From an archaeon (GTDB lineage: Archaea > Nanobdellota > Nanobdellia > Pacearchaeales > GW2011-AR1): a stretch of 64,000 nt of DNA. Positions 45,608 through 56,072 of this stretch are shown one piece after another. Within the stretch, counting starts at the first letter, position 1. Every line of letters starts with the position of its first letter. Location of the stretch: the NCBI GenBank assembly GCA_024278335.1, contig JAJRTJ010000003.1:101297-165296 (forward strand). Reading direction: 5' to 3'. A program made the position numbers and the translations under genes. The notes under the pieces were generated by a model. The model ran no database searches. It was not told where the DNA came from and was given only the letters and a program-made list of their open reading frames with translations.

Positions 45608-46354
45608 ATGAAAAATTTTTACAAAATAAACAAGATTTCTGCGGGGAGCTTTGATTTAAATAAATGGCTTTATGGAGGCTATGAAAAAGATGTGGTGACA
45701 ATGATCGCAGGCCCTCCTGGCTCAGGCAAAACTAATTTTTGCATGATGGCGGTCTGCAGTCAGGCAAAAAAAGATAGTAAAATTATTTTCATTGATACAG
45801 AAGGAGGGTTTTCTTCAGACAGAATAAAGCAGATTGTCGGCGCAGAAGAAGCAGACAAAGTTTTGCAGAATATTTTTCTTCTTCAGCCAGTTGATTTTAA
45901 TGAGCAAAAAAAAATCTTTAAAACTCTTCTTGAAAAAATTAGGGCAGAACATATTAATTTAATTGTTGTTGATGGAATAGCAATGCTTTACAGACTTGAA
46001 TTAGGAGATGCTTTAAAGCAAGGAGATAGTTTTCAAATTCAGCAAGTCAATAAAGAGGTTGCAAAACAAATGAGGGTTTTGGCAGAAATTGCAAGAAAGA
46101 AAAATATTCCTGTTTTAATTACAAATCAAGTTTATAAGCAGTTTGTTTCTCAGGAGGATTGGATAAAGGGGGTGGAAGGAGAGACAAATATTGTTGGAGG
46201 AGATTTGTTTAAGTATTGGAGCAAGTGCATTATTGAATTAAAAAAAACAGGAAATAAAAGAAAAGCTGTTTTGTTAAAACACAGAAGCCTGCCTCAAAAA
46301 GAAATGGATTTTGTTATTAAAGATAAAGGAATTTTTAAAAGAAGATGGATATGA
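45608..46354 (+). CDS. radB: RadB/RecA-superfamily ATPase
   Basis: Walker A GPPGSGKT, and Walker B LIVVDG. Confidence 0.7.
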   Translation: MKNFYKINKISAGSFDLNKWLYGGYEKDVVTMIAGPPGSGKTNFCMMAVCSQAKKDSKIIFIDTEGGFSSDRIKQIVGAEEADKVLQNIFLLQPVDFNEQKKIFKTLLEKIRAEHINLIVVDGIAMLYRLELGDALKQGDSFQIQQVNKEVAKQMRVLAEIARKKNIPVLITNQVYKQFVSQEDWIKGVEGETNIVGGDLFKYWSKCIIELKKTGNKRKAVLLKHRSLPQKEMDFVIKDKGIFKRRWI

Positions 46355-46675
46355 TTTTGTTAAATTAAAATTTATTTAAAGGAGTTTTTCGTATGTTTAA
46401 TATGGACAGTAGAGAGAGCCAGAAAGCAAGTGGGAAATTGCAAAAGGCAATGGAGGGTTTGAAGTATGTCCGATTAACTCCTAGGCAGGTTAGGAAGTTT
46501 GATGTATTACGAGCTTGTGAGAGAGTCTAAACATTATAAACCTCACCAGATAATTGGACCAAAGATGGAAGGGAATTATGATTGGAGAGGGAAAAATACT
46601 GGTTATTCTAATCCCGCTTAATTGCTTAACTATTTTTATATTAATTAATTTAAAGTCTTGTTGTCTTATAATTTT

Positions 46676-47884
46676 ATGGAAAAGATAAAGTTTGAAGTTA
46701 TGAGTAAAATAGCTAAGACAAATTTTAAAACTGTTAATATTAAAAAATTGTCTAAGATTGATACAATTAGTCCACCGAGTGTTTTTGTTGGTTCTAAGTT
46801 GCGTTACCCTAATGTAAATGTGGGAATTTTGAGTCCGCTTGAAAAAGAGGAAAATGCCTGGATTTTTGATGCTCCGCATTATTGGGCTAAGGAAGATTTT
46901 CAGGTTGGAGATGTGGTTAAATTAAGAGATAATCTTCTTAATTCAAGGTTTAGAAGCAATGTTCATTCTGTTAGAAGCAAGATTAAGAATAAGTTTATGA
47001 ATATTGTAAAAGAAATTGCAATTGCATCAAAGCCAGTTGATATGGAGATTGAGTTAAAAAATAAAATGTATTTTGCTCGAGAGAAGGATAGAGTTTTGTT
47101 GCATCAAGGATTAAAGGCCCCGTTGAAAAAGGCAAAGATTGTATCAAATGTAAAAGTTCATCAAGCAGTTGATAAAATTATTAATGATGAAATTAAGTCT
47201 GGGGAGGGGTTGGGGATTTTGTATAAAAAGGGATTTGATGAAAATGTTTTATCTAAAATTCTGAGTGTGGGGGTTATGGGGTTGAAGAAAGATAAGAAAA
47301 TGGTTCCTACTCGCTGGAGCATTACTGCAACTGATGATACTTTGGCAAAACAGATTTTAGAGCAGGTTCGAGAGCATAAATGGGTTGAGGATTATGGGTT
47401 GTTTTTTGGAGAATTTATGGGAAATCAATATCTGATTATGTTTTTCCCTGGAGTATGGAGTTATGAGTTATTTGAATTATATTATCCTGGTTCAAGCTGG
47501 AATCCTGGAACAGAAATAAAGGCTTCAACAGATGACGAGGGGTTTTATGGAAGAAAAAGCTATGCTTCAAATTGTGTCGGGGGTTATTATGCTGCGCGTT
47601 TGCCGATTGTTGAGTATTTGAATAAAATAAAGAGGCAGGCGAGTGTTTTAGTTATTAGGTTAGAAACTCCTTCTTATTGGGCTGCTTTAGGAGTTTGGGT
47701 TGTCAGGGAGTCTGTAAAAAAAGCTTTACAAAAAAACATGAAATTTAATTCAAGAGAAGAATTGCTTGAAGGAGTTAAAAAGATTGCTAAGATTAAGTAT
47801 AATTTTGATGTTGATTATATTCTTGGTAAGAGTAAATTATTAAAAAGATTAAGAACTGAAAGAAGTTTAAGGGAGTGGTTTTAG
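46676..47884 (+). CDS. nreA: NreA-like DNA repair protein
   Basis: PPSVFVGSKLRYPNVNVGILSP and VPTRWSITATDD blocks typical of the archaeal Nre family as I recall it. Confidence 0.65.
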   Translation: MEKIKFEVMSKIAKTNFKTVNIKKLSKIDTISPPSVFVGSKLRYPNVNVGILSPLEKEENAWIFDAPHYWAKEDFQVGDVVKLRDNLLNSRFRSNVHSVRSKIKNKFMNIVKEIAIASKPVDMEIELKNKMYFAREKDRVLLHQGLKAPLKKAKIVSNVKVHQAVDKIINDEIKSGEGLGILYKKGFDENVLSKILSVGVMGLKKDKKMVPTRWSITATDDTLAKQILEQVREHKWVEDYGLFFGEFMGNQYLIMFFPGVWSYELFELYYPGSSWNPGTEIKASTDDEGFYGRKSYASNCVGGYYAARLPIVEYLNKIKRQASVLVIRLETPSYWAALGVWVVRESVKKALQKNMKFNSREELLEGVKKIAKIKYNFDVDYILGKSKLLKRLRTERSLREWF

Positions 47885-47915
47885 ACGTCCCATAATTTTT
47901 TTAAATTAAGAGGCT

Positions 47916-50387
47916 TTATTTATTTCTCTCTTTTTTCTCATACTCCTCTATTCTTTCTTTATTGGTTTTACATTCCCTATTAAAACAAAAAATCCAAGGT
48001 CTTTTTCCTTTTTGCAATCTCATTAGCTTTGGAAACTCACATTCTTCACAAATTTGGTCTGCTTTTTTTATAATTCCATTTGGAGGAAGAGAATAAGTTG
48101 TTTTACACTCTGGATAGGCGTTGCATGCGACAAAATGTCTTTTGTTCTTTTTTGAATAAGTTATTGCAAGACTTCCTTTTTTACAAACAGGGCATTTGAT
48201 TAAGGTGTTTTCAATTTTTTGTTGTTCAATATAATCTAAATTTGCCTGCAAAAGCTCTCCTCCGATTCTTGCTTGATTTGTCTTAAAATCTTGTGCTATT
48301 TTTGTAATTGTTTTTTTTGCTTTGTTAATTATAGATTCTTCTTTTTCTTGGAATTTATTGTCTTTTATCTCTCTTATTTTTTCCATCTCTTCTTCAAATT
48401 CTCTTGTAAGTTTTTCGTCTATGATTATTGGGGAATATTTTTCTAAGGTATCAATTAGGGAAATGCCCAGCGGAGTTGCTTTTATGCTTTGGTCTTTGAT
48501 ATATCCTCTGTCATAAAGAGTTTCAAGAATGTTTGCTCTTGTTGCTTTTGTTCCGAGATTCTTTTTTTCAAGCAGAGATAAAATTGAGGCAGGAGAGTAT
48601 CTTTTGGGAGGTTGTGTTTGTTTTTCTTCTATTTTTGAATCAATAATCTTGGCTTCACCATTTATATCTGGAAGCGGGGTTTCTTTTGATTTAGATGGAT
48701 AAATTTCCATCCATGCTTTTTTTACTATCTCTTTTCCAGTAGTTCGGAATTTTAAATTATTTATTTCTGCAGTTATTGTCTTGTTTTCAATGATTGCGTT
48801 TTCACAAAATAAAGAGAGAAATCTCTTTACAATAAGGGAGTAAATTTTTTCTTCATCTCCTGAAAGAATTTGTGTGTTTCCTGTAGGGTAAATTGAGGGA
48901 TGGGCAGGGTCTTGTTTTTTCCCTTCAATGGGCTTGCTGTTTTTAATCAAATGTTCTACTTGATATTGTTTTGCGAGTTTTTTTAGAATTTCTTTATATC
49001 CAACAGATTCAGGAAGTTTTTGCGAAGAGGTCCTGGGATAAGAAATTAATCCAGAAAGATAGAGAGACTGGGCTGCTCTTAATGTTGCAGAAGGGGTTAT
49101 TCCATAAAACTTATATGCCTCTGTTTGAAGAGTAGTTAGATTAAATGGAGGATTTGGAGGAAGTGATTGCTCTTTTTTCTTTGTTTCAACTTTGCAAGTT
49201 TTTCCAATAAGATCTTTAAATTTATCTAAGTCTTTTTTATTGAATATATCTTTAATATGTTTTAATTCAATTTGGTTTTTGTTGTCATCAATTTTTATAA
49301 AAATCTGCCAGTAAGGCTCTGGCTTAAATGCTTGGATTTCTTTTTCTCTTTTGACGATTAAATTTAATGCTGGTCCTTGCACTCTTCCTATTGAGATAAT
49401 CTTAAATCTTCCGGTTGTTTTTATCGCATTCATTAATGCTCTTGAAAGATTAATACCATAAAACCAGTCCAAATAATGCCTTGTTTCTCCTGCATATGCC
49501 TGCCCCCAGTTTAGTTCGTCAGATGCCTGCTCATAGGCTTTGTTTAGTTCATCTTTTGTTAAAGTGGAGAATTTCATTCTCTTTGCATTTTTCTGCCCGC
49601 AAATAAACCTTACAACATTCCAACCAATAATTTCTCCTTCAATATCAAAGTCTGTTGCAACTATGATGCTCCCTGCGCCTTTTGCTAATTTTAAAATTGT
49701 GTCATAATATCTTTTTGTAAAGTCTTTTTTTCTTGCAAGATAATTTGGAATCCAGTCTATGTCAAAAGTAGGAATCTCAGAGCCTGATTTGTTTTGCTTT
49801 AATGTGAAAAGATGGCCTACTGCACATGCAACAATTATTTTTTTTCCATTTCTGTCTACTTCATAATATGAGACTTTGTTGTTTGTTCTTTGAGTTGCTT
49901 CCCCTAATGCAGTAGCAATTTTAGTAGCTGCTTGTGGCTTTTCAGTGATGATTAATTCGTATCCGGATTTTTTTAAAGAAATTTTCGGAGGAGAGTAAGG
50001 AACTTTTTGAATTTTTATTTTTGGCTCTTTTTTTCTTGAAACTCTTTTTTTTCTTTTAGTTTTCTTTTTTGGCTTTTCTTTTTTCTCTCCAATATATTCA
50101 ACTGTTTCAATTTGGCTGAGTGTTGGTCTTTTGTAAACTTTTTCAACTGTTCCCTTTAAAAGCTCTTGTTTTTTTGGGATTCTTTGAACCGGTTTTTCAG
50201 TTGTGTGTTTGAGATATTCTTCTTTGAAACCCGGCTCTTTGATTTGCTTTTCAGTTGTTTGTTTTACATCTTCTTCTTTTAATGGAAAAAAGTTTTCTGC
50301 TAATTTTTCTTCTTTTGTTTTTTTAGGTTGTTTTGGCATAAAATTAGGTAGCAAGTGAGTTTTATTATTTTTTGGTTGTTGAGACAA
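47916..50387 (-). CDS. topA: Type IA DNA topoisomerase with Lys-rich N-terminal extension and C-terminal zinc ribbons
   Basis: Toprim ELIITEKPQAA and DFDIEGE, active-site ISYPRTSS, and C-terminal CPVCKK...CNAYPEC and CEECEF. Confidence 0.9.
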   Translation of the reverse strand: MSQQPKNNKTHLLPNFMPKQPKKTKEEKLAENFFPLKEEDVKQTTEKQIKEPGFKEEYLKHTTEKPVQRIPKKQELLKGTVEKVYKRPTLSQIETVEYIGEKKEKPKKKTKRKKRVSRKKEPKIKIQKVPYSPPKISLKKSGYELIITEKPQAATKIATALGEATQRTNNKVSYYEVDRNGKKIIVACAVGHLFTLKQNKSGSEIPTFDIDWIPNYLARKKDFTKRYYDTILKLAKGAGSIIVATDFDIEGEIIGWNVVRFICGQKNAKRMKFSTLTKDELNKAYEQASDELNWGQAYAGETRHYLDWFYGINLSRALMNAIKTTGRFKIISIGRVQGPALNLIVKREKEIQAFKPEPYWQIFIKIDDNKNQIELKHIKDIFNKKDLDKFKDLIGKTCKVETKKKEQSLPPNPPFNLTTLQTEAYKFYGITPSATLRAAQSLYLSGLISYPRTSSQKLPESVGYKEILKKLAKQYQVEHLIKNSKPIEGKKQDPAHPSIYPTGNTQILSGDEEKIYSLIVKRFLSLFCENAIIENKTITAEINNLKFRTTGKEIVKKAWMEIYPSKSKETPLPDINGEAKIIDSKIEEKQTQPPKRYSPASILSLLEKKNLGTKATRANILETLYDRGYIKDQSIKATPLGISLIDTLEKYSPIIIDEKLTREFEEEMEKIREIKDNKFQEKEESIINKAKKTITKIAQDFKTNQARIGGELLQANLDYIEQQKIENTLIKCPVCKKGSLAITYSKKNKRHFVACNAYPECKTTYSLPPNGIIKKADQICEECEFPKLMRLQKGKRPWIFCFNRECKTNKERIEEYEKKERNK

Positions 50388-50461
50388 AGAGTTTAAATTA
50401 TATTCTGAAATAAAGAAAAATTTTTAAAGTCAAAATATTAGTGTTTTAATCTAAAGGAGGA

Positions 50462-50743
50462 ATGAAAATGAAAATTAGGCCTCTCGGTGAGAAAATTTTA
50501 ATTAAGCCAGTTAAAGCAGAAGAAAAAACTTCGGGAGGTATTTATATTCCTGAAGAAGCAAGAGAAGAAAAAAAGCAGGCTGTTGTTGAAGAAGTAGGGG
50601 TTGTTTCTGGAGGAAAGGAATTGCCTTTAAAAAAAGGAGATAAGATTCTTTATGGAGGATATTCTTCTGATGAATTTGAGATAAATGGAGAAAAATATTT
50701 AATAATTGAGTTAAAAGATGTTCTTGCAGTTATAGAAAATTAA
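50462..50743 (+). CDS. groES: Co-chaperonin GroES
   Basis: IRPLGEKILIKPV..EKTSGGIYIPE mobile-loop pattern. GGAGG lies upstream. Confidence 0.85.
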   Translation: MKMKIRPLGEKILIKPVKAEEKTSGGIYIPEEAREEKKQAVVEEVGVVSGGKELPLKKGDKILYGGYSSDEFEINGEKYLIIELKDVLAVIEN

Positions 50744-50744
50744 A

Positions 50745-52717
<1,973 letters not shown>

Positions 52718-52775
52718 GTTTTGTTATTTTTTGGTTGTAATAGAATTTTAAAAATGAAATTATTTTGGTTTTTAG

Positions 52776-53295
52776 ATGAAAAAGATTGTTCTTGCAGGGG
52801 CGCTTGTTCTGGAAAAACTACAATTATCAAGGAACTGGAAAAAAAGATTTTGATGTTATTCCAGAATTTGTTAGAGAAGTTTTAAAGGAAAGGAGAAATT
52901 TTCAAGAAACTTCCAAAGAAATTTTAATCAGGCAAAAGCTGATTTTTGAGATGCAATTGCAGGAGAAGAAAAGTTTGAAAAATTCCTCCATTATTGAATT
53001 TGCTTTTTTAGATATGTCTTTAATTGATGTTCTTGCTTATTGCAAAATTAAATTAGGGTTTATTCCTGAGAAACTTTTTGAAAATGCAAGGCAGGTAAAA
53101 TATCATAAGGTGTTTGGTTTAGAACAATTGCCATTTAAAAAAGATGAAATAAGAATTGAAAAAGACGAAAAAGAGGCAAGAAAATTGCACGAAAAAATTT
53201 TGGATTTTTATAAACAGCTTGGTTATAGGCCGACTATTGTTTCAGTAATGCCTGTTGAAAAAAGAGTGAATTTTATTCTTAAGAATTTAAATTAA
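52776..53295 (+). pseudogene. P-loop ATPase (AAA_28/NadR-like) whose N-terminus and Walker A are out of frame with the body
   Basis: ATG at 52776 gives MKKIVLAGA. A second frame gives CSGKTTIIKELEKK. The track ORF (52786-53295) carries the remainder (DFDVIPEFVREV...) behind a nonsense-looking N-terminus. Confidence 0.45.
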
Positions 53296-53909
53296 ATTTC
53301 AAAAATTGCAGGATTTCTTGATACATGGATTACTTTTGTTTTTCCTATTTTTTCCTGCAATCCTCCCGCTTCATGAATATGTGAGCAGATTGCAATATCA
53401 GGGGTAAATTTTTTAATGGCTTCTTTGACTGCTTTTGAACCTTTAAATCCAGAAAATTCTGCCTGGCTTTTATGAGGATGCATATGAGTTACCATTATTT
53501 TCTTTTTTGCCTGTTTAAGAGAGTCATTTCCTTTTTTTAAAAGATTAAATATTTCTGTGTTTGTAGGATTTTCTTCCTCCCAATCAACTGTGCCTGCTCC
53601 AAATATCCCTATTTCTCCTTTTTGAAAAGAATTGCCATGAATGTTTCTCGCACTCCCATACATTTGGCTGATTGTTTCAATTGTTTCTGGAGGTTCATGA
53701 TTTCCTGGAATCATTAAAACTGTTTTATTGATTCTCTCAAATGGTTTGATGATTTCTTTAAGTTCCAGGTTTCCCCAAGTAATGTCTCCTGCAAAGATTA
53801 CCAAATCTACTTTTTCTTTTTCTGCGATTTTTGAAAGTTTTTTTGCCAGACCCCTATCTGCATGAATATCCCCCATTGCAAGTATTTTTATTTTCCTTGT
53901 TTTTTTCAT
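53292..53909 (-). CDS. Calcineurin-like metallophosphoesterase
   Basis: GDIHAD, GDITW, GNHE, HMHPH and SHIHEAGG motifs. Confidence 0.8.
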   Translation of the reverse strand: MKKTRKIKILAMGDIHADRGLAKKLSKIAEKEKVDLVIFAGDITWGNLELKEIIKPFERINKTVLMIPGNHEPPETIETISQMYGSARNIHGNSFQKGEIGIFGAGTVDWEEENPTNTEIFNLLKKGNDSLKQAKKKIMVTHMHPHKSQAEFSGFKGSKAVKEAIKKFTPDIAICSHIHEAGGLQEKIGKTKVIHVSRNPAIFEI

Positions 53910-54041
53910 TGAATTATCTTGTTTTTTTCATTTAATAATTCTTGCTATTTTTCTCCTTTGATTTATCACTACTGTGATTGAATGATATGGTTGCAAAACA
54001 TATATAAGTTTGATACTATCCGATTATATAAGTTAAATACC

Positions 54042-54332
54042 ATGGGTTTGAAAAAGAAAATTAAAATGAAAGAAAATTTTGATATCTTTTTTCGTAGAAA
54101 GCCGGCTTTGATGCTGGTTTCTCTTAAGAAGAACAACCGTATGAGATACGGGAGTGTTTTGGCTAAGGAAGTGGACTGCACTTACAGCCATGCTGTGAAG
54201 ATATTGCAAACCCTTGAACACCTTCGGTTAGTTGAGTTTGAAAAAAAAGGAAGAATCAAACTCATTAAACTGACTAAAAAAGGAAGGGATGTTGCTGATG
54301 CAATTGAAGACATTCACGGCTTAATTAAGTAG
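54042..54332 (+). CDS. Winged-helix transcriptional regulator
   Basis: RYGSVLAKEVDCTYSHAVKILQTLEHLRLVEFEKKGR wHTH pattern. Start moved to the internal ATG. Confidence 0.55.
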   Translation: MGLKKKIKMKENFDIFFRRKPALMLVSLKKNNRMRYGSVLAKEVDCTYSHAVKILQTLEHLRLVEFEKKGRIKLIKLTKKGRDVADAIEDIHGLIK

Positions 54333-54392
54333 TTTTTTTATAGACGGCTTTTAGCCATAGAGGTGATGTCTCTTTTTTTCTTATAAGAAGTT

Positions 54393-54400
54393 TTTTAAAT
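54393..54400 (+). promoter_or_regulatory. TATA-like octamer TTTTAAAT
   Basis: Lies 30 nt upstream of the tRNA-Lys 5' fragment copy. There is no comparable element at promoter distance from the full tRNA-Lys. Confidence 0.35.
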
Positions 54401-54430
54401 TAGCTTTTTATTTTGGTTATATCCTTTACT

Positions 54431-54496
54431 GGCTCCGTAGCTCAGCCTGGTTAGGCTCAGAAAATCTCTAACGAGATTCTGGCTAAAACCATCTGA
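54431..54496 (+). other. Exact copy of tRNA-Lys positions 1-24 (54431-54454) plus conserved 42-nt module (54455-54496)
   Basis: GGCTCCGTAGCTCAGCCTGGTTAG equals 54510-54533. The module GCTCAGAAAATCTCTAACGAGATTCTGGCTAAAACCATCTGA matches 13632-13672 (minus) at 38/42. Confidence 0.85.
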
Positions 54497-54509
54497 CCTG
54501 CAAATATAT

Positions 54510-54584
54510 GGCTCCGTAGCTCAGCCTGGTTAGAGCACCAGACTCTTAATCTGGGTGTCGTGGGTTCAAATCCCATCGGGGCCA
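54510..54584 (+). tRNA. tRNA-Lys (anticodon CUU)
   Basis: GGCTCCG/TA/GCTC-AGCCTGGTTA-GAGC/A/CCAGA-CTCTTAA-TCTGG/GTGTC/GTGGG-TTCAAAT-CCCAT/CGGGGCC/A. No encoded CCA. Confidence 0.9.
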
Positions 54585-54598
54585 TTTGGATTTTTAAA

Positions 54599-54928
54599 AT
54601 GAGCATGAAATTTTGTCCAAGATGCAAAAAAATATTAATTCCTGAAAAAAAGGAAAAAGAATTTTTTATTAGTTGTAGATGCGGATTTTCTGAAAAAGTT
54701 GAAAAAGGCACTGAAATTCCTGAAAAATTTTCTTTAAATGAGAGGGGGAAAGGGTTTGTTAAGGGAGAAAATGAATTTGCAATTTATGAAAATGTCTGTA
54801 AAAAGTGCGGATATAATAAAGCTCAGATAATTGATATGGGAGTTTTTTATGGAGATGAAGATAATCTTATTTTATTGAAATGTGGAAGGTGCAATTTTTC
54901 TGAAAGAATTGGCAAGAAAGTTAGTTAA
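54599..54928 (+). CDS. TFS/RpoM-like double zinc-ribbon protein (divergent paralog)
   Basis: N-terminal CPRCKK...CRCG and C-terminal CKKCG...CGRCN ribbons, without the QTRSADE hairpin. Start moved downstream of tRNA-Lys. Confidence 0.55.
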   Translation: MSMKFCPRCKKILIPEKKEKEFFISCRCGFSEKVEKGTEIPEKFSLNERGKGFVKGENEFAIYENVCKKCGYNKAQIIDMGVFYGDEDNLILLKCGRCNFSERIGKKVS

Positions 54929-55233
54929 CGATAATCCCTTTTTGTATGCTCGCATTTTGTGCATTTAAAGAACTTTGTTTCTGCTTCGTCTGAAGCCCGT
55001 GTCTGAACAGTCCAAAAATATGCAGTTTCATTCCCACATTTTGGACATTTTTCTGCTACTACTGGAAGAGTGGGCTTATCTTTATCTGAAACAACTGCAA
55101 CTTCTTTTCTTTCATTAACTTTTTCAGAAACATTAATTTTTAGTTTTCCTTTTGAAGAATATCCGCACCGAGGACATCCTGCATTTTTTGTTTTTTGTAT
55201 TAAAACTGCACCACATTTAGGACAAAATTCCAT
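54925..55233 (-). CDS. tfs: Transcription factor S (TFS)
   Basis: CPKCG...CPRCG N-ribbon, and C-ribbon CPKCGNETAYFWTVQTRASDEAETKFFKCTKC. Confidence 0.8.
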   Translation of the reverse strand: MEFCPKCGAVLIQKTKNAGCPRCGYSSKGKLKINVSEKVNERKEVAVVSDKDKPTLPVVAEKCPKCGNETAYFWTVQTRASDEAETKFFKCTKCEHTKRDYR

Positions 55234-55401
55234 TTTTATCTCTCCTTTGAAATTTTGTCGACTACTTCGCAGACACAGTCGCTCAAGTGACAAAATTCCA
55301 TTTTATTTTTTAAAATTTATTTTTATTAGATTTTACTTATTTCTTTGTTTAAATAGTAAAATTCTATTTTTTGGTTACTTAAACTTTCTTTAAAAATGTT
55401 T

Positions 55402-56022
55402 TTATTTCACTCTGCAAAAACCTCTTTCATAAAAAGATCTTTTATTTTCAAAAAATATTAATTTTAGCCATCCAATATAAGGCGCAATTTTAACCATCGC
55501 TTTTCCAACTAATTCTTCTTCGGAAATCTTTTTTTCAAATTCATGCTGTCCATTATTGTTATCTCCTATTGTTGAAAAATATTTTTTGCCTCCTTGTTTT
55601 GTAATTTTTATTATTCTGTGGATTACAGGATTAGCTTGATTTGCATTAAAAATAATGATGTCTCCTATTTTTAGTTTTTCTGGATTAGCCCTAGTTAATA
55701 GAAGAATGTCTCCTTTATTGAAGCCATTTTTTAAGGGAAAAGTTTTGAATTCTTGTTTTTTTATATTAAACTCATCATATTTGTTTTCGTGTTCTTGCCA
55801 CCAAGAGTTATAATTTTGCAATATTTCTCCATGATACATGCTGCATGATTCTACTATTGCTAATGGAAGAGAGGTTCCAGTTAATAGGTTTAAAAAAGGG
55901 AAAAAAATGAATTTTATGAGGAGAAACAAGATTATAACTGAAAAAATCCACCCTTTTAAACTTTCATCTTTCCATAATACATTCCAGAAATATTCCAAGG
56001 ATTTTTTTATTTTTTTATTCAT
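55402..56022 (-). CDS. Signal peptidase I (archaeal/ER type)
   Basis: N-terminal TM, catalytic-Ser box VESCSMYHG, VIHRII, and GDNN. Confidence 0.7.
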   Translation of the reverse strand: MNKKIKKSLEYFWNVLWKDESLKGWIFSVIILFLLIKFIFFPFLNLLTGTSLPLAIVESCSMYHGEILQNYNSWWQEHENKYDEFNIKKQEFKTFPLKNGFNKGDILLLTRANPEKLKIGDIIIFNANQANPVIHRIIKITKQGGKKYFSTIGDNNNGQHEFEKKISEEELVGKAMVKIAPYIGWLKLIFFENKRSFYERGFCRVK

Positions 56023-56072
56023 AAAATAAAGATGCCTGAAAGTTTTATAAATGTTCTTTTTGAAAATTTTTT

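Noticed and set aside
46490-46879. 129-aa minus-strand ORF spanning the radB-nreA gap and the nreA start.
   Set aside because: It overlaps the well-supported nreA N-terminus in antisense and has an unnatural composition.
54431-54584. Reading the tRNA-Lys locus as a split tRNA, or as a D-loop-intron tRNA, with exon 1 being the upstream 24-nt copy.
   Set aside because: A contiguous canonical tRNA already exists at 54510-54584. I could not build a convincing bulge-helix-bulge across the putative junctions. The analogous fragment at tRNA-Asn lacks the acceptor strand, so it cannot be an exon.
54560-54598. N-terminal extension of the TFS-like ORF that overlaps tRNA-Lys.
   Set aside because: The extension is the translated 3' part of the tRNA gene. 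The zinc-ribbon protein starts naturally at 54599.
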